Positions 59,197 through 64,000 of a DNA stretch of 64,000 bases are shown in pieces. A program made the position numbers and the translations under genes. The stretch's first letter is position 1. Each line of letters begins with the position of its first letter. This DNA is from Desulfobacterales bacterium (lineage in GTDB: Bacteria; Desulfobacterota; Desulfobacteria; Desulfobacterales; UBA5616). Where the stretch lies: the NCBI GenBank assembly GCA_046483495.1, contig JAWODC010000015.1:15962-79961 (forward strand), written 5' to 3'. The notes under the pieces are model-generated. The model did not search any database and was not told where the DNA came from. It was given only the letters and a program-made list of their open reading frames with translations.

Positions 59197-60030
59197 ATGA
59201 ACAGTTCCCTGTTTCTTTCACTAACGACGTTCATTTACGGCCTTGCCGCCGTTTTGTATATCGTCGCGTGGGTGTTTCGTAACCGCAAATTCGAAAACAC
59301 GGCAATCTGGATCATGATTGCCGGAGCAACCGGAAATCTGGCGGGATTTGTCCTGCGATGGATAGAAACCTACCGCCTCGGCATCGGTCATGTTCCCTTA
59401 TCCAATTTATATGAATCCCTGGTCTTTTTTGCACTGACCATATCCGTCTTATATTTCTGGATGGATCGGCGGTATCAAAACAGGGCCATCGGTGCCTTTG
59501 CTGCGGCATTTGCTTTTCTGGCCATGGCTTACGCGAGCCTTTCCCCGAACGTCAACGATCAGATTCAGCCCCTGATACCTGCCTTGAAGAGCAACTGGCT
59601 GATTGCCCACGTGGTCACCTGCTTTTTGGGATATGCGGCATTTACCATTGCTTTTTCCATCAGCCTGCTCTTTCTTTTTCAACTGAACGGAAATGGAGAC
59701 TCTCGATGGACGACGATGCTCCCAAATCCGACCGTGCTCGATGAATTGACGCACCGGATGGTGGTATTGGGGTTTTTATTCCTCACAGCCGGCATCATCA
59801 CCGGCTCCGTTTGGGCCAATTCGGCGTGGGGGGCTTACTGGAGCTGGGATCCCAAGGAAACCTGGTCTTTGATTACCTGGTTCATTTACGCCTCGCTGCT
59901 GCATGCCCGCCTTGTGCGGGGATGGAGCGGCAAGCGCATTGCCTGGCTTTCCGTCGTGGGTTTTTTTGCGGTTATTTTTACGTATTTCGGAGTAAATCTT
60001 CTTCCCGGGCTGCACAGTTACGCGCAATGA
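59197..60030 (+). CDS. ccsA: Cytochrome c biogenesis heme exporter/synthase CcsA/ResC
   Basis: H.PLSNLYES, PALKSNWL..HV, WWD motif GSVWANSAWGAYWSWDPKETWS, GLHSY. Confidence 0.95.
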   Translation: MNSSLFLSLTTFIYGLAAVLYIVAWVFRNRKFENTAIWIMIAGATGNLAGFVLRWIETYRLGIGHVPLSNLYESLVFFALTISVLYFWMDRRYQNRAIGAFAAAFAFLAMAYASLSPNVNDQIQPLIPALKSNWLIAHVVTCFLGYAAFTIAFSISLLFLFQLNGNGDSRWTTMLPNPTVLDELTHRMVVLGFLFLTAGIITGSVWANSAWGAYWSWDPKETWSLITWFIYASLLHARLVRGWSGKRIAWLSVVGFFAVIFTYFGVNLLPGLHSYAQ

Positions 60031-60180
60031 ATTTTCCTTGACAAGGCTGATATCAACGGATACAAAATGCCAGTAATTTTTTCCATTTAGACAACCAGTT
60101 ATTATCATATGACTTAACATCAATTGCATGGGGGCCGGCCTCCTGAGGGGCGTTCTCTCACCGGCCTTAATGGAGTTTCC

Positions 60181-60891
60181 ATGAGTAAAGAAGAAGAAAA
60201 AAGCAGAGAGGTTTCTGAAGATGCCGCAAAAAGCGCGGTGAAAACGACCGCCACGCCGTCAGAAAAGCCGGAAGAAGGATCCGGAGGTCCGATCGTCCTG
60301 TTTTTTCTCGTCGGAATAATTGCAAGCCTTGTCCTCGGATGGGTCCTTTTTCCCAAACTGCTGTATTCAAAAAAGCAGCAGCCGATTGACTTCAATCATG
60401 CTCTGCATTTTGCAGAGGTGGACAACGGGTGTGCAAGCTGCCACTTCTTCCGGGAAGACGGTTCCTTTTCCGGAGCCCCGAAACTGGCGCAGTGCGTCGA
60501 GTGCCATAACGATATGCAGGGGGTAAGCGAAAACGAAAGGGACTTTATTGAAAATTACGTGCTTAAAGGACGGGAGGTCCCCTGGTTGATCTACTCGAAA
60601 CAGCCCGACTGCGTGTTTTTCTCCCATGCCGCGCATGTGAAGGGTGCCGGCATGGACTGTACGATCTGTCACGGGCATATCGGGATGTCCGAGCACTTGA
60701 AGCCCTACGAGGAAAACCGGATCACGGGATACAGCCGTGACATCTGGGGCAAGGATATTGCCGGCATCATGAAAAGAAATCCATGGGACAGCATGAAGAT
60801 GGATGATTGTGCTGAATGCCACATGGTGAAAACCGGCAGAACCTCCAGCGTTCAAACCCAAAAAGACGGGTGTTTTGTTTGCCACCAGTAA
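60181..60891 (+). CDS. qrcA: QrcA membrane-anchored pentaheme cytochrome c
   Basis: TM anchor, QP.DFNH..H, five CxxCH (CASCH, CVECH, CTICH, CAECH, CFVCH), YSKQPD.VFFSH, NRITGYSRDIWG. Confidence 0.9.
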   Translation: MSKEEEKSREVSEDAAKSAVKTTATPSEKPEEGSGGPIVLFFLVGIIASLVLGWVLFPKLLYSKKQQPIDFNHALHFAEVDNGCASCHFFREDGSFSGAPKLAQCVECHNDMQGVSENERDFIENYVLKGREVPWLIYSKQPDCVFFSHAAHVKGAGMDCTICHGHIGMSEHLKPYEENRITGYSRDIWGKDIAGIMKRNPWDSMKMDDCAECHMVKTGRTSSVQTQKDGCFVCHQ

Positions 60892-60947
60892 AACAGATAT
60901 CGTTTTCGATCGTAACGCGATTGTGTTGTATATAAGGGGTGTAATCT

Positions 60948-63158
60948 ATGAAAATCGACAGAAGAAGTTTTTTGTCACTGGGTATCGGTGCCGCGGCGGG
61001 AACGGCGCTTTCTCCATTGCCCTGGAAATTGACCGATGACCTTTCCATATGGACGCAGCAGTGGCCCTGGACACCGAAACCGGAAGATGGAAGGTCATAT
61101 TACGTGCGGACCACCTGCACGCTCTGTCCGGGAGGCTGCGGCATCGCTGTTCGGAAAATCGACGATCGAGCCGTAAAAATCGAAGGAATGAAAAAGCACC
61201 CCATGAATAATGGGGGTGTTTGCATTTTGGGGGCTTCGGGGCTTCAGTTTCTCTATGGTCCCGCCCGGATACAATCACCGTTGAAGCGGATCGGAAAACG
61301 GGGTGAAGGCCGATTCGAACCGATTTCCTGGAATCAGGCCATGTCGGAATTGGCCGATAAGCTGAATACGATGAGATCCGAAGGCAAGCCCCATACACTC
61401 GCCTGCATTTCCGGCACCAAGAACGGCACGGTGGCCGAACTGATCAAGCGCTTTTTCACCGCCTACGGATCATCCAACTTCATGTATGTGCCCTCCATCG
61501 CCGATACATATGCCCAAACGATTAAAATGATGCACGGCATTGACGCTGCGGCCGGAATCGATGTGGAGCACGCAGACTATATATTGGGCTTTTCAAGCGG
61601 TGTTCTGGAGGGATGGGGCCCTACGGTTCGAATGTACCGGGCGAACAGCCGCCTGAAAAGCACCGACGGCACGTTGACTCAGATCGAACCGCGTTTGTCC
61701 AGCACCGCGGCAAAAGCCGATAAATGGATCCCCATCGTTCCGGGGACAGAAGGAATTTTGGCACTGGGTCTATGCCATGTCATAATACAGGAATACCTGT
61801 ACAACAGCCGCTTCGTGGATTCCTTTTCAACGGGTTTCGAGGGATTCAAACGACATGTGCTGGTCGGTTACAGCCCGGATAAAGTTGCTGAAAAAACACG
61901 TGTTGAACCATCGGTCATTATCGCTCTTGCTCGTGATTTTGCACGGGCCGAACACCCGGTCGCCCTTTGTGGAAGGGGGGAGGGAGACACCCCCGGCGAT
62001 CTGGGAGGATTCGTAGCCGTTCATGCCTTAAACGCCCTAGTGGGAAACATCAATCGTAAAGGCGGTGTTTGGACGGTTCCCCATCTCGGCTATATCCAAT
62101 GGGACGCCGTTCGTCCTGATGAAACAGCGCTTCGCGGATTGCAGCACGAACGCATCGACGGGGCAGGCGGCGGTCTTCAAGCGGATTCGGTATTGAACCG
62201 ACTGCCCGAAGCGATTACCCAATCGAAGGGATACGGCATCGAAATGCTTCTGGTTTCCGGCGCTAACCCCATCTACACGATGAGGGATACATCCGCTGTG
62301 ATTCGTGCTTTCGACAAAATCGGCGCAATCGTCAATTTCTCTTCATATATGGACGAAACCGTTCTCTATTCCGATCTGGTGCTGCCGAATCATGCTTATC
62401 TGGAACGATATGAAGATGTACCGGCACCCGACATGTTTCACAAACCCTTCATCGGATTGTCGCAGCCGGTGGTAAAGCCGGTTTGCAATACCCGACATAC
62501 CGGCGATGTCATTATCGAAACGGCTGCACGGATGAAGGGGACCATTGCCGAACATTTTAAATGGCCCTCTTACGAGACCTGCCTGCAGCAAACGATGGGG
62601 CACAAATGGGGCGCCATGAAGAAAAACGGGTACTGGATCGATTCCGGTTATACCCCCCCACAGTGGACCGAAACATTTGAAATGCTGCCGCGCAAGTTCA
62701 ACTTCAGTGCCTCGATTTTTAAAAACCCGGTTCTTATCGCCCCTGAAGGCGACCCAGGCGATTATCCGCTGCTGCTGATTCCGTTTGACAGTATCCGGAT
62801 TACAAACGGTGCCGTGGTCAATCCGCCGTTCATGACGAAAACAGTATCGGAAAAGACTCTGGAAAAAAACGACGTTTACATTGAGATCAATCCTGAAACC
62901 GCCGCAGGCATGGGGCTTGGCGAAGGCGCACGTGTCCGGTTGACCACACCCCGAGGCAGTGTGAATGTCAAAGTACACCTGTTTCCGGGCATCGGCCCCG
63001 GTATTGTGTCCATGACCAAGGGGCTCGGACACTGGAATAATGACCGTTACATCGCCGGGAAAGGAAAACATGTAAATCGCCTTATCGGCCCGAGACCCGA
63101 CCCGGTTACCGGTTTGGACGCCGCCTGGGGCATTCGGGCAAAGCTGGCCAAATTATAA
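60948..63158 (+). CDS. qrcB: QrcB molybdopterin-oxidoreductase-like subunit
   Basis: Tat signal DRRSFL, SPLPWKLTDD.SIWTQ.W, CTLCPGGC...C, MopB-like body and C-terminal domain; lies between qrcA and qrcC. Confidence 0.88.
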   Translation: MKIDRRSFLSLGIGAAAGTALSPLPWKLTDDLSIWTQQWPWTPKPEDGRSYYVRTTCTLCPGGCGIAVRKIDDRAVKIEGMKKHPMNNGGVCILGASGLQFLYGPARIQSPLKRIGKRGEGRFEPISWNQAMSELADKLNTMRSEGKPHTLACISGTKNGTVAELIKRFFTAYGSSNFMYVPSIADTYAQTIKMMHGIDAAAGIDVEHADYILGFSSGVLEGWGPTVRMYRANSRLKSTDGTLTQIEPRLSSTAAKADKWIPIVPGTEGILALGLCHVIIQEYLYNSRFVDSFSTGFEGFKRHVLVGYSPDKVAEKTRVEPSVIIALARDFARAEHPVALCGRGEGDTPGDLGGFVAVHALNALVGNINRKGGVWTVPHLGYIQWDAVRPDETALRGLQHERIDGAGGGLQADSVLNRLPEAITQSKGYGIEMLLVSGANPIYTMRDTSAVIRAFDKIGAIVNFSSYMDETVLYSDLVLPNHAYLERYEDVPAPDMFHKPFIGLSQPVVKPVCNTRHTGDVIIETAARMKGTIAEHFKWPSYETCLQQTMGHKWGAMKKNGYWIDSGYTPPQWTETFEMLPRKFNFSASIFKNPVLIAPEGDPGDYPLLLIPFDSIRITNGAVVNPPFMTKTVSEKTLEKNDVYIEINPETAAGMGLGEGARVRLTTPRGSVNVKVHLFPGIGPGIVSMTKGLGHWNNDRYIAGKGKHVNRLIGPRPDPVTGLDAAWGIRAKLAKL

Positions 63159-63174
63159 TATCTAAGAGGATCTA

Positions 63175-63639
63175 ATGAAAGAAGGTCATAATCATATACA
63201 CAAGTTCGGAATGGTCATTGATCTGGATAAGTGCACGGGATGCGGCGCCTGTATGGTGGCCTGTATGGCGGAAAACAACGTCCCGTTCCAGGAGGACGAA
63301 ACGAATAAGCTTCTCAGCATCACCTGGATGCAGGTTTATCAACTGAACAACGGAAAGCCATATCCGGATTATGACATATGTTATCTTCCGCGACCCTGCA
63401 TGCATTGTGAGGGAAGGCACACGGGGCACACGCCGTGTGTTTCGGTATGTCCGGCTACCGTAACGGACTATGATCTGGCAACGGGCGTCGTCAGCCAAAT
63501 TTACACCCGTTGCTTCGGATGCCGGTACTGCATGGCCGCATGTCCGTATCACGCGCGCTACTTCAACTGGTGGGACCCGGTGTGGCCGGCCGGCATGGAG
63601 CGGTATTTAAATCCCAATGTGTCGCCGAGAATGCGGGGT
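63175..63639 (+). CDS. qrcC: QrcC 4Fe-4S subunit, truncated at a sequence discontinuity
   Basis: GMVIDLDKCTGCGAC..AC..ENN, PRPCMHC..PCVSVCP, RCFGCRYCMAACPY, SPRMRG. The expected VVEKC.FC continuation is absent. Confidence 0.88.
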
Positions 63640-63641
63640 CG

Positions 63642-64000
63642 ATCGAGGGCTGGAACGTCACCACCGAACCCCGCGCCGACGGCGCGCTGGCCGTCCGCCT
63701 GACGGCGCGGCCGTTCGACAGCCGGCGGCCCGCCACGGAGGTCGTCCGCCTGACGCTCGACGAGCCGGTCGACATGATCACCCATCACAGCGGCCTGGCC
63801 ATGACCGTCCGGATCATCGGCGAGACCTCGCCCGAGGTCCGCCTGGGCGTCCGCCTCCTCGGCGCCGACGGCACCGCCGTCATCCGCCCGGTCGTCCCGG
63901 CACGCAGCGCGTGGGGCGACAGCCCCCACGAGGTCTACTTCGACTGGGCCTTCATCAACTACGCCGACGCCCGCGACGCCGTCGCCGCCCTGCGGGCCGT
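63642..64000 (+). other. Fragment of an unrelated, very GC-rich coding sequence (open frame to the window end)
   Basis: Frame IEGWNVTTEPRADGALAVRL...VYFDWAFINYADARDAVAALRA. By hand count only 3 of 119 codons end in A/T. Confidence 0.75.

Noticed and set aside
1..64000. CRISPR array or rRNA genes
   Set aside because: No regularly spaced repeat-spacer units, cas genes or rRNA-like sequence were seen.

Overview
Chromosomal segment of a deltaproteobacterial sulfate reducer, most likely Desulfobacterales-like (inferred from qrcABC next to System II cytochrome c maturation genes, plus PanP, ExeA/B, LUD and DUF1329 genes). Most of the window is housekeeping or metabolic: pgi, tag, a thiE-thiL fusion, prfB with its programmed +1 frameshift, lnt, ppiD, a UvrD-type helicase, an M16 protease, a GldAFG-like ABC operon, resB/ccsA and qrcA/B/C. 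It also holds tRNA-Thr(CGT) and tRNA-Ala(GGC). Accessory DNA: (i) a complete GC-rich class IIC group II intron (27156-29034, minus) inserted just behind a rho-independent terminator; (ii) two inverted copies of a ~145-bp palindromic MITE-like element; (iii) a ~9.5-kb integrase-less segment (30907-40461) bounded by a 14-bp direct repeat of the tRNA-Thr 3' arm. That segment carries an SMR pump, a coupled ATP-grasp ligase/CocE-NonD hydrolase pair, a second DUF1329 gene and an uncharacterised four-gene cassette (holin-like membrane protein, helical lipoprotein, small helical protein, DUF6765-like Zn-hydrolase). This cassette is my best candidate for an undescribed system. At ~63640 qrcC is cut off by very GC-rich foreign coding DNA, probably a contig join or chimera. 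All family calls come from motif recognition by eye; no searches were run.
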